Virus record (IMG/VR): IMGVR_UViG_3300045988_075126
Span: 1 to 64,000 of that record
From: a virus
Length of the DNA: 64,000 nucleotides
Strand: one strand, 5' to 3'
Positions 17,122 to 29,700 of the stretch are shown one piece after another. A model generated the notes under the pieces. The model was not told the DNA's origin. It saw only the letters and a list, made by a program, of their open reading frames with translations, and ran no database searches. Each line of letters opens with the position of its first letter. The stretch's first letter is position 1. The position numbers were made by a program, and so were the translations under genes.

Positions 17122-17155
17122 GGGCGCATTTCCTATTTGGATTTGCGCCCTTTTT
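17122..17155 (+). terminator. Rho-independent terminator
   Basis: GGGCGCA...TGCGCCC followed by TTTTT. Confidence 0.75.
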
Positions 17156-17225
17156 GCACTTAAATTTTAAGTGAAAGCATTGTGGTAAAAATATAATATT
17201 ATTCCTCATTTTGTTTTTAATTTTG
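17156..17225 (+). promoter_or_regulatory. Late-class promoter: CACTTAAA-T-TTTAAGTG palindrome, with -7 TAATTTTG (17218-17225) 48 nt after AGTG
   Basis: Direct reading. Confidence 0.6.
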
Positions 17226-17230
17226 CAGAC

Positions 17231-17710
17231 ATGAATTCGAATGAACTTATCATAAACGGAAAGGATGCTTGGACTAACTATCGTGTAAAGATGGGTAGTG
17301 GATTCTTAGATGCATTAGAGGCTGATGCAGACAATAAGAGTTATATTGCCAACGAGGTAAGAACTGAGCATGGAACTAGGGTTGTTCCTATTCGTCCAAA
17401 AAAGGCAGAAAGAAGCATTACATTAGAGTTTGTCATTATTGGCAGAGACCATACTGACTACAATAAAAGGGTAAAAGCCTTTGATGCGCTTATGGATAAT
17501 GGCTTTGTTACTATACAGGTTCCGAAATCAAAAGATGATGTTTATCGTTTGTATTGTGCAAGAAAATCATCTAGCTATTCTAGGGGAAAAGGAGGTTCTA
17601 TAGGCAAGAAGAGTTTGAAGTTAGTGGAGTACAATCCTACAAATAGAGGAGAACTGACGGATTCGGATAGAGAAAAATTCACTTTAAAAGAATTTGAAGA
17701 TATAGAATAA
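17231..17710 (+). CDS. Distal-tail-protein (Dit)-like tail component (tentative)
   Basis: 159 aa, 'INGKDAWTNY...ERSITLEFVIIG...DDVYRLY' pattern and position directly before the Tal-like N-terminus. Confidence 0.5.
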   Translation: MNSNELIINGKDAWTNYRVKMGSGFLDALEADADNKSYIANEVRTEHGTRVVPIRPKKAERSITLEFVIIGRDHTDYNKRVKAFDALMDNGFVTIQVPKSKDDVYRLYCARKSSSYSRGKGGSIGKKSLKLVEYNPTNRGELTDSDREKFTLKEFEDIE

Positions 17711-17712
17711 TT

Positions 17713-20700
17713 ATGAAAACTTTCAAGGAAATCGACATAAAGTACTACGATAATAGCGGAAACGTACAAGTAAGATGTACTGTTCCTGTTACACAAGAAG
17801 CATCAGTTCATTATGAATTGATGCAGTCTCACTATTGTAAACTTTCGTTTAACCTTTCTAGACCGACATATTTCTTGCGTGGTGATTTTATCGAAACACC
17901 ATATGGGCGATTTGAGCTTATAGATTTAACTAAGGCCAAAGATAATGATACTATTGGGTATTCCTACGAAATCCAATTCGATGCCTATTATCGTAAGTTA
18001 AAGAATAAGATCCTGAAGTATCGCCCGAATACAGGTTCACAAGAATCGACATTCTCTCTTACTTCAAAAATTAGTACTCATATAGAAGTGATAATGAAAA
18101 ATCTAGCTTATTATGCGAAGTTAGATAAGTCTTACCTTTATGACCCTAATTTTGAAGGAGAAGGAACGGATTATACTTATGTTATAGATGCGAGTGTAGA
18201 TGCGAATGCTGCAAAGCTTATAACTTACTCTAATACAAGTATATTGGATGCTATTGCGAATATAGCTCAGACGTTTGGTTGTGAATGGTGGTTTGAGGGA
18301 AATATACTGCATTTTGGAACTTGCGAGAATACGAATGCTATTACTGATTTCAGACTTAACGATAATATCGTTTCTATGTCAAGCTCACAAAGCCAATCCA
18401 CTTATGCAAACAGGGTATATGCTTTTGGAGCTGCAAGGAACTTGCCTAGCGGATATAAGAATGATGCTGATGCGGATATAACAAAGGATGGTGTTGTTGA
18501 AAAACGTCTCATGCTACCAAATTCAGCAGAATGCTCTGACAAGAACAAGCAATTGCTGGCAGAGAATGGCTTTGAACTGAAAAATGGATATATACAAGTT
18601 AGTGGACTCCGTGAAGACCAGTATGTTGAGGGAGTAACTACAAATGATGATATTTATCCAAGAAATCTTATCAAGACTTCTAAGGTAACATCATATGAAA
18701 AAGATGTAGAAGATGAAAGTACACCCGAAGAAGGAGATTACATCAAACGGACTTTTTATCGTGTTAATTCGCTTGCTATTGTCAATGAAGATGGCGAAAA
18801 AACAGGTGATATGGCTTTCCGAAAGGCGTATATTCTTAGTGGCAAGAACTTACATATAGTATTTCAAAGCGGTTCTCTTAATGGTATGGACTTCGAATGT
18901 GAGTTTAATCCAGATGGAGTTTCTGAAATACTTAAGGACGATGATGGTAATCCGATATTGAAAGATGGAAAAGAACAGATAAATCCTAAGTCGCAGGTAT
19001 TTGAGATTGTTGCTAATGAGGATTATGGTCGTTTCTTGCCGGATATAACTTTGCACCCGAAGGATGGAGATACTTTTGTTCTCTATAATTGGGATTCTAC
19101 CAAATTGGGTGATACTTTAGTTTCTTCCGCTTCCAATGAGTTGCTGACGGATGCCATAAAGGATTTGAAGAAGTCCATGATAGACCCTACGACATATACA
19201 TGTACCGCTGAGGCTAACTATTCCTATAATCAGGGTAGGGGTAACTTGCATGGAGTAGGAGACAGAGTAAATCTTTATAATAAAGGTTATGGTGACAGTT
19301 ATAGGGCTTCAAGAATTATCGGTTATGAGTTTTGTCTAGATATTCCTTATGATGGAGCAAAATATTATGTTGGAGAAAAACCGTCATATTCACGACTCAA
19401 TGCAATGGAGTCTAAAATTGAGGAACTTGTCTATAATGGACAGAGTTATCTTAATGGTAATGGCGGAAGCGGAAGGTCGATTTACATCATTAAGAGTTAT
19501 GATAGCATAACTCCTACGGATTATAATGTATTTTCAGCAAAAGCTGTTGATGAACAAAGATTAAACAAGACAAAGGACGACACCGCCAAGGGCACAATCA
19601 CTTGGGAGAAGGTACAGAAGCTTTTAAGTGGATTGCTTGTCGGTAACTTCAACAATGAGAACGGCGGCTCGTGGACTCCCGATACAGAAGGTCGTTCGCA
19701 TCTCATCACAGATTACCTGGAGGTGAGGATGAAGGCTATATTCGAGGAGCTTGTAATCAAGAAAACCTCCACCATCGGTGGCAAGGAGATTATCTCTCCT
19801 GCTGGTGGCGTGGTGGCTCACAAGGTGGAAGAGGTTACTGTGACATATAATAATGTGTCACAGAAGGCTTATCGTTGCTATTTCTTAGCAGAGCAGGAAG
19901 GTGATGCCGTAGATAATGATTTCTCCGTTAACGACCAAGTGCGCTCGGAATCATTCAATGTTCGCAAGGGCACTTACCATAAGGTGGGTAATCACTTCTA
20001 TTGGCGATTGGTAATCGGTCGTGACGAGGAACCCGTAGAGCTGGAAGGAAAGAAGTATCATTATATCGACCTCTCGGATACCGATTGCGCTACTGCAAGC
20101 GATGTTCCTGCCAAAGGTGATGTATTGTCGCAGTGCGGTAATAGAACCGATGTAGAACGTCAGAACTGCCTTATCTTCTCGGCGGTAGATACCTATTCGC
20201 CATTCGTCAGCTTGTACCACGGTATAAATAGCTACTCTTTTGCCAACAAAGAATACGTAGAGTATGGTGTAAACAAACAGACTAACAAGGCATTTTTTAA
20301 TGTTTATGGCGATATGTATGTGGGCGACCGACCTACTAAGGAGAATGGCTATGAGGGTAGTAGCTACATCAAGTATGACAGCGCAGCCAAGCAGGTATCT
20401 ATTAAGGGTAAGCTTTCGGCGAAATCTACCGTGGATGGCAAGGAACTGTCTCAGTATATCAAGGAGAACTCAGCAGGAGGCTTGACCGAGGAGCAGGTGA
20501 ACAATCTCATCAAGAACTCGCAGGTGATAGCTGACCTTCAGAATCAGGTTGACGGAGCTATCGAGACGTGGTTTTACGATGGTGTGCCTACTTTGAAGAA
20601 TGCCCCAGCCAGCAGTTGGACGACAGACAAGGAAAAAGATACCCATTTGGGCGACCTTTATTATGATAACAAGACGGGCAAGGCATACCGCTTTGCCAAG

Positions 20701-23700
20701 GATGGCAACACCTATAAGTGGACTATCATTACAGATACCGACATCGCCAAAGCTCTATCCGATGCCAGCAAGGCACAGGAGACCGCAGATGGCAAAATGA
20801 AGGTGTTCAGTACACAGCCTATTCCGCCTTATCAGTTGGGCGACATTTGGGTAAACGCTACCTATCCTACAGATGGCAGCATCTACAAGAATGAAATCCT
20901 GCGCTGCCAGACTGCCAAGGCAAAAGGTTCGTCATTTGCCATCGCTGACTGGACTAAGGCTTCCAAGTACACCGATGATTCTGCCCTCAATATCTTCAAG
21001 GAAGAGTACAAAAACGATATGGCTAGCTACAAGGAGCAGCTTGATGAGAAAGTAGAGACCTGGTTCTACAACTATGCTCCTACTACTCAGAATAAGCCTG
21101 CTTCTGACTGGACTACCGATACATTGAAGTCGCAGCACGCTGGCGACCTGTTCTACAATACGTCTAATGGCTACACATACCGTTGGACGGGTACGGCATG
21201 GGCGAGAATCAAGGATAACGACATCAACACTGCTATGACCGCAGCAAGCAAGGCGCAGGACACGGCAGATGGAAAGCGTACCGTTTTCACCTCTCAGCCT
21301 ACTGTTCCTTATGACGAGGGCGATTTATGGGCTAGCGGCGGAGATGATGGCAAGACTCTGATGGTGTGCGTTAAGAGTAGAGCCACTGGCAGCTTCACCT
21401 CATCAGAATGGGTAAAGGCTAATGATTCCGACCTCAACGCATTCGCCAAGACCATAGAGGAGAGCTTGACGGGAATACGAGACCAGCTCGACAAGAAGGC
21501 TGAGACTTGGTATCAGCCTTCTGACCCGAGTACATCTTGGACTACCGATGATGCGAAGAAGGAGCATAAGGGCGACCTGTGGTATAACACAAACAACAAC
21601 CAGACTTTCTTTTGGAATGGTACGAAATGGGATAAACAGGATGTGCCTACCGAGGTCTTCGACAAGATAGATGGCAAATCCAGCATCTATGTAAGCAAGC
21701 CTGCATCCTATGAGGAACGTGACCTCTGGATTTTGGAAGCAGCATATACCCTCGGTGGTGTTGCATATTCCAAGGGCGAGCTTGTCGTGGCAACCAAGAG
21801 CAATGCTTCATTCAGCGCAGCCGATTGGACTAAGAAAGTGAAGTACACAGACGATACTGTAGCGAACGCAGCAAAGAAGGCAGCGGAAGAGGCGAAGAAG
21901 GCGGCAGATACCGCACAGACGAATGTTACGAATCTCGGCAAGACCGTTACAAGCAACAAGAAGGCATTCGATAATTATGTTACGGATGGCTATCTAGAGC
22001 CTTCTGAGATTGCGGCTATGGCGCAGGATTCCAAGCGACTTGAAGATGCTTTTGCAGCCGCCGAGAAATCTTACACTGAGGTGAAGGAAGCAGCGGTACT
22101 GAAGGACACCAAGGAACTCACTGACCTCAACACTGCTTTCGCTACCCTCACGACTGCCAAGACGGAACTCGTTACGTATCTCTCAGATATTTCGGCAAGA
22201 TACAATGCGGCTAATACTGAGAAAAAGGCTACCATCGTTTCAGCCGTAGGAACGAAGTTCACCAACTTCCAGTCAGCATACAGCGCATTTTATGACAAAT
22301 TGGGTTTGGCAAACGCCTATATCACTAGCAAGATATATGGCGACTTGAAGCAGAATATTACCGACCTTGCAGGCTACAAGTATATCAAGGACGCACTCGG
22401 TCAGACAACAGATATTGATGGCGGTCTTGTAATGACAACACTCCTTGCTTTGAGAGACGCAGACGGAAACGTTCAGAGTGGTATCAACGGAGCGATAGAC
22501 ACGAACAGAGGAAAGAAGAGCATCGCAACTTGGTGGGGTGGTCAGATGGTGGATAAGGACTACAATAGCGGAAGCCTTACTCCTGCTACTTCCCTCGTTC
22601 GCTTTGACGGTTCGGGCTATCTCGCAAATGGTGCAATCTGGTGGGACGTGGACGGAAAGGTTCACGCTGACCCTACATCATTTATCATCAGCGAGAAGAA
22701 TCTTGGCGCATACCTTGCATTCTTTGAGCCTACATGGAAGAGCGGTAGCAATGGCACTAACATAAAAGACCTTGTGGCTTTGACTCCGCAAGCTCCTTTT
22801 ACGACACTCAGCGTAAGCAATGATTTGTTGGTAGAGGGAAAGCTTAAATTAGGTAGTATTACCCTCAGTGTGGTAAATGGTGCTTTGAAGATTGACGGCA
22901 ATGTGTATTCCACAGGTGGAATGAGCGCATACGGCGATGGTACTAACAATGGTGGTGGCGGTGGCTTGGTCGCAAGCGTGAAGAGCTACACAGACATCAT
23001 CAAAGGCACGTATACAGACAATGACTTGGCAAGCATTCCTAACGCTTATGCCATCAAGGCTCTCAGCAATCGAATCGACAACATCAGTTCTGAACTTGGT
23101 GGTCTTAGCTTGGATTGGGCAAACATCACAGGAAAGCCTTCTACTTTCACTCCTAGCGCACACACGCACAAGTGGGTGGATATTACAGACCGTATCACCA
23201 AGGTTTCTCAACTTACGAATGATAGCGGCTACACCACAAACAAGGGAACGGTAACATCGGTTAAGCTAACTTTGCCAACTGGATTGTCTCTTGGTACGAC
23301 AAAGGAAATCACAACAAGTGGAACTTTCGCCATAAGCTTGACTTCGGGTTATTCCATCCCTACGACATCAAAGCAAGGGCAATGGGATTCTGCCTACAAT
23401 TGGTACAAATTAATGACTACCGATGAGGAAACAGCTGATGGTGTTATCAACAAGTGGAATGAGGTCGTGAATTTCCTTACTGGCATTGCGCAGACAGACA
23501 CCTTGGATGGCATACTCAGCGGCATCAACAATTCTATCACGGAAGAAGCTAACAGGGCAAAGAAGGCAGAGGGTGCAAATGCTACAAACATTGCCACAAA
23601 CAAGGCGAACATAACAACCTTGCAAGGCTACTTCACGAATGGCTCGGCGAAGTCCGCCATCAAGCTGACCAACGCACGTAAACTTTGGGGTAACAGCTTT

Positions 23701-26700
23701 GACGGAACAGCCGACATAAGCGGTAGCATCGTTGTGCCTAGTGGAAAGTACATCACTATTGGCAACATAAAGTTGGAGTATGATGCAACTAACAAAGCGT
23801 TGAAAATAACGAACACCTCGACCAACGAAGTTGCAAATCTTTATACTAGTGGTGGTGTATCTGCTTATGGTGTCGGAACTACATCTAGCGGTAGTACTGG
23901 AGGCGGTGGATTGAATGGCACGGTGAAATCATACAATGATGCCAAGAGCCTTACAAGCGAAAGTCTTAGCGAGGTTGCTAGTGCTTACTCTGTTGCTGCA
24001 CTCTACAGCAGCATCAATGATGCCATAGGTCGCATAAACACCTTGGAAGGAGGAAGTGCGACAAGCATAGAGGTTACAGGAAGTGGCAATGCGGTGACAG
24101 GTGTGTCGAAAAGTGGTACTAAACTGACATTTACAAAGGGAGCTACTTTCTTGACATCCCATCAAGACATCAGCGGAAAGAGTGACAAGACACATACGCA
24201 CAGCGTGAAGATTAATGGTGTCACTAAGACCATCGCAGCCACAGGTGGAACAGCCGTTGACTTGGGAACTTACCTTACTTCTCATCAGTCCTTGGCTGCT
24301 TACTTGAAGTCTGCCGATGCGGAGAAGACCTATAGCAAGTTGGGACACACCCACGCATTCAGCGAGATTACGGGAAAGCCAACAACACTTGCTGGCTATG
24401 GAGTCACCGATGGAGTCAATACGGTTACGCTTAGTGGCTCAGGGAACGCCGTTACTAGCGCAAGCATAGACGGTCACACCTTGACTTTGACAAAGGGAAG
24501 CACATTCTCCCTCAGCGGTCACACCCATACCTTCGCTAGCTTGACCTCAAAGCCTACTACAATAGCAGGATATGGCATCACGGACGCTTATACCAAGGCG
24601 CAAGTGGACTCGACCATTGCTAAGTATCTCCCTCTTGCAGGAGGAACGATAACAGGTGCGCTTACCGTCAACGGCATCGCTACCTTCAAGAGCAAGGTTG
24701 CCATTGGCGACATCTACATCATCAATGATGGAAGCGGCAATCTCTACGTTCAGAAGACGGACGGAAAGACCGCCGCCAACTTCTATGCGACAGGCGGCAT
24801 CACGGCTTTCGGTGCTTCTTCCGTCAGCGGTGGCACAGGAAGCGGATTGAACGGCTCAGTCCTTGGCTTCGAAAAGGCTACAGCCATGACTTCCGCCGAC
24901 AACGGAGACAGCAGCAAGACGGAAGTTTCATTCCTTGCTACTGCTTGGAGCATCAAGCAGCTCAACGACAAGATAAACGCATTCGGGACAGGCGTGTTCT
25001 CCGACTATCTTACGATAGCAGCTGCCAAGGCGACCTATCAGCCAAAGGGTAGCTATCTTACTTCGCATCAGACCATCTACGGCTTGACTATTCAGAAGAA
25101 TGGTACAAGCCTAGGCACTTACACCCCAAACTCTGCTGCGAAAACCATAAACGTAACCGTTCCTACCAAGTTGTCCGAACTCAGCAATGATAGCGGATAT
25201 ACTAAGAACACAGGTACGGTCACATCGGTTGCAGTCTCTGTCCCTACGGGGCTTTCGGTCAGTGGCTCGCCTATCACTACCAATGGAACTATTGCCATTG
25301 CCCTTGCTTCTGGTTACTCCATTCCTACTACTGCAAAGCAGACAGCTTGGGATGGTGCGGTATCAGCAAAGCATACTCATAGCAATAAGTCTGTACTGGA
25401 CGGCATTTCATCCACTAAGGTAAGTCATTGGAATAGTGCCTATGACTGGTACGCCCTTATGACTACTGACGAGGAGACTGCGGACGGAATTATCAATAAG
25501 TGGAACGAGGTGGTGAGCTTCCTCGCCAATATTGCGCAGACAGACACTTTAAGTGGTATCGTTGACGGAATCAACAAGTCTATATCTGACGAGGTAGCAA
25601 GAGCGAAAAAGGCAGAAGGGGTAAATGCTTCGGGCATATCCGCAAACAAAGGGAGTATCGCCACCTTGCAAGGTTACTTCACAAACGGTTCAGCGAAGAA
25701 GGCTCTCCAGCTTACTAATGCTCGCAAATTGTGGGGAAATTCGTTCAATGGCACTGCTGACATCAATGGAAGCATCATCGTGCCTAGTGGAAAGTATATC
25801 TCCATCGGTAACATCAAGTTGGAGTATGATGCAGCTAATAAGGCGCTGAAGATTACGAATACTACGACTAACGAGGTGGCAAACCTCTATACTAGTGGTG
25901 GTGTTTCTGCCTATGGTGTTGGGACATCCTCATCCAGTGGTGGCGGCTTGAACGGCAGTGTGAAGAGTTATTCAGATGCCTTGAAGCTCACATCAGAATC
26001 GCTGTCTGAGGTTGCTTCTGCCTACTCCATCAAGGCTCTTGATTCTCGTATCTCTAGCTTGGAAGGTGGTAGTGCTACTGCTATTTCTGTCAGCGGTAGC
26101 GGTAATGCGGTTACGTCTGTCACCAAGAATGGTACTACTATCAGCATAGTTAAAGGTAGTACGTTCTTAACTAATCATCAGTCACTTGATGGTTACGTTA
26201 ATGCAATATCTGTAAGTGGAAGTGGAAATGCTATCACGTCTGTATCTAAAAGCGGAAAGGGTATTACATTTACTAAAGGTGCTACTTTCTTGACTAGTCA
26301 CCAAAGTCTTGCTAACTATTATACCAAAAGTAGTGTAGATTCACTTCTTAGTGGTAAGTCGGCAACTAGTCATACACATAGTGTTAAGATTAACGGTATC
26401 ACTAAAACCATTGCGGCTAGTGGTGGAGATGCTGTAGATTTGGGAACTTATCTCACCGCACATCAAAGTCTCGCAGCTTATGCAACTCAGAATTGGGTTA
26501 AAAATGAAGCTACTGCTCATAACGCAGATATGGTAGATAATTATCACGCTAGTGGTTTGTTTACTGGTTTCAGTATTTCTGATGTTGCAAACAAGGTTAC
26601 TATTAGTATTGGTGGAACTTCTAAAGCACTGAATTTAGTAAGAGCTTTTCCTAGTGGTGTTGGAAACAATTTTAACGATATTGCAACACACGGGAATAGT

Positions 26701-29700
26701 ATGGGTATGTCTAATATTGCAGCACCTTATGCTAGTTCTACTGCTAACTATCAAACGTTGAATGGTTATGTTAATCCTAATGGACAAACTGGTTGGCATC
26801 ATTATATTAATCTGTCTTATACTGATAGTAATAATACGGCAACTTCTCCTAATATGTGGCAAACTCAGTTTGCTATAAAAGCTGGCACTACTGAAGTTTA
26901 TGTCCGTTCTAGAGCTGGAGGCAAGATAAGTAATGATGCAGCTTGGGCTGCTCCTTGGGTAAGACTTGCTAGAGTTACTGACAATGTAGCATCTGCATCA
27001 AAAGTTGCTAATGCTCTTTCTTGGAGCGGTTATAGTAGTGGTTCTTATAATGGTTCTGCTGTAAAGTCTATTAGTATTCCAAATAATACTAATCAGCTTA
27101 CTAATGGAGCAGGGTTCATTACATCTTCTGCTTCAATTACTGGTAATGCTGGAAGTGCTACTAAATTACAGAATGCTAGAACTATAAACGGAACATCGTT
27201 TAATGGTACAGCCAACATAGTAACTTCTTATTGGGGAACTGCTAGAAAGCTTTGGGGTAATAGCGTGAATGGTAATGCTGATGTAAATGGCAGTATAACT
27301 ATTGCTAATACTGATGGTGTTTATGTGCAAATTGGTGATGTCAGATTAGTTTATGATAAAGCTAATACTGCCATTAAAGTAGTTAAGTCTGATGGTACAA
27401 CCGCAGCTAACTTCTATGCTACTGGTGGCATTTCTGCCTATGGAGAGGGAAGCGCTGGAACAACAGGAAGCAACAACTTCTCGGCAAAGGCGTATGCCGA
27501 TTCCATCAAGCTCACAAGCGAGAACCTTAGCGAGATTGCAAGTGCCTATTCCATCGCCGTGCTTAACAACTCGTTGAACGCTGCCATTGGTAGAATCTCC
27601 ACCTTGGAGGGTGGTAGCGCAACAAGCATTGAAACCACAGGCTCAGGCAATGCCGTAACTAGCGTGTCGAAGAGTGGAACAAAGATAACCTTCACAAAAG
27701 GCTCTACATTCTCGCTCAATGGGCATACGCACGACTTCATTACCGTGGGGGCGAATCAAACTATCACGGCTACACAATACACAAAAAGCCGTCTGAGCGT
27801 GCGCCCTTACTACAACAGCGGTGGCCCGACTACATACGGAAACATCTTGGAGGTTGTCAGCGGAAATAGCGGCGGTGGTCAGCTTGGTATGGAATGGTCG
27901 GGAAGCCAAACCAAGACGGACGGAACGGACACCAACGTAGGCAAGTTGTATTATCGTAGCAAGCGAGATAATATGGCAGGCTGGACGGTTTGGAAGAGAC
28001 TTGCCTTCGCCGAGGAGCTTGCTTGGGGCAACATCAGCGGAAAGCCTACAAGTCTCAGTGGATATGGTATCACGGACGGTGTGAACGCCGTTAGCGTAAC
28101 AGGCTCGGGCAATGCCGTGACAGCCGCATCTGTTAGTGGGCATACCTTGACCTTGACGAAGGGTAGCTCATTCAGCTTGTCTAACCATACTCACTATATA
28201 GGAACGACACAGGTACAGGGCAGCAGTGCCGAGCAAGCATTGACTGGAATAACCAAGATTGACAACATCTTGAAGTTGTCAAAGGCTAGTGTCACCGTCA
28301 ACACAAGCTACAAGGCTGAGCAGAATCGCTTGGTGATTTATGGAAGTACCTATGGCAACGATGCAAACTACATCAAGTCTGCTGGAAAGCTGTCCTATGG
28401 CGATGGCGGTCCACAATTGGTTTTCTCAACTGGCGAGAACCCAGACGCAAGTGGCGTTCAATCGGCTGCATTGGTTTATACTGACCATGGCAAGATTGGA
28501 GCAGGAGTAAGCCTTTCGTTCGTGACGAACCAAGGCGATGCCTACTTTATTGCTCCACACATCAAGGCTCTCACGGCGTTCCAAGGAAACCTTGCGTGGA
28601 GCTATATCACCAACAAGCCAACCACTTTGTCGGGATTTGGCATTACGGATGGCTTGCGCTCGGTTACTAAGCCAAGTGGAAGCAATGTGTTCGTGACTGG
28701 CATATCCACCAGTGGAACAGCCATCACCTACACCAAGAGCTACACGAAGAAGAGCCTTTCTGTGGTGGGCACTTCGGGATGGACTAACGCATCGACCGAT
28801 GGCAACATTATTCCTGACATGAGCTTCATAGCTCATTGGAACGGAGCATATAGTGGCACAAGTTCAAACCTCGCCTATTGCAACAAGGGTGCTTTCGGCT
28901 CGTTTGCCATCAAGAACAGCCTTGCCTTCTCAGAACTCACAAGCAAGCCGACAACGATAAGTGGGTATGGCATTACTGATGCTTATACGAAGTCACAGGT
29001 GGATGCCATCGCCGCAAAGTACTTGCCTTTGACAGGTGGAACGCTCACAGGTCAGCTTAAGATTGTGGCAAGCGCATTGAAAGGTGCTTACAATGGATTG
29101 CTCATTGGCGATGATTGCTACATTGGTGATTGTAACTTTGGCAACACTATCGGCTTGATGGGCGTTGGCAACAACAACGCAGGAATGGTGAAGTTCGGCA
29201 AGGGAGGTATGCAATTCGGTTACAACGGCTCGAATCACATAGCTTCGACTACCGCACAATGGATAAACCTCAATGCGGATTTGCTCGATGGTTGGCACAA
29301 AGACAACATCGTATGGTCGGGAGCGGTAAACAGCAACACCGCAAACCTTTCCCACTATTGGGCGAAGTTGTTTGACATTACCGTCACAGGCAACCAATAT
29401 GATGATAGAAGTTTCACGTTCCTCTTCTCCAACGGATATAACGATACCTATTCGGTTGTCGTGTTGAGAATCCGTCAGAATGGAGCGAATGGCTCTGGGG
29501 CATACAACTTTGGCATATCCTTGCGTGAGTTGGTTGGAAACATGTCTTCAAGGTTGCGTGTGTACTACAACAATGCAACTGGCAATGTTCAACTTTGGGG
29601 AAATTGCCAAAATAAATATGGAAGTCTGTCTTACACTATCATCAAGAAGACAGGGCGCACGTCTGCCGATTTCACAAGCCAAGGAACTTTGGTGACAAAT

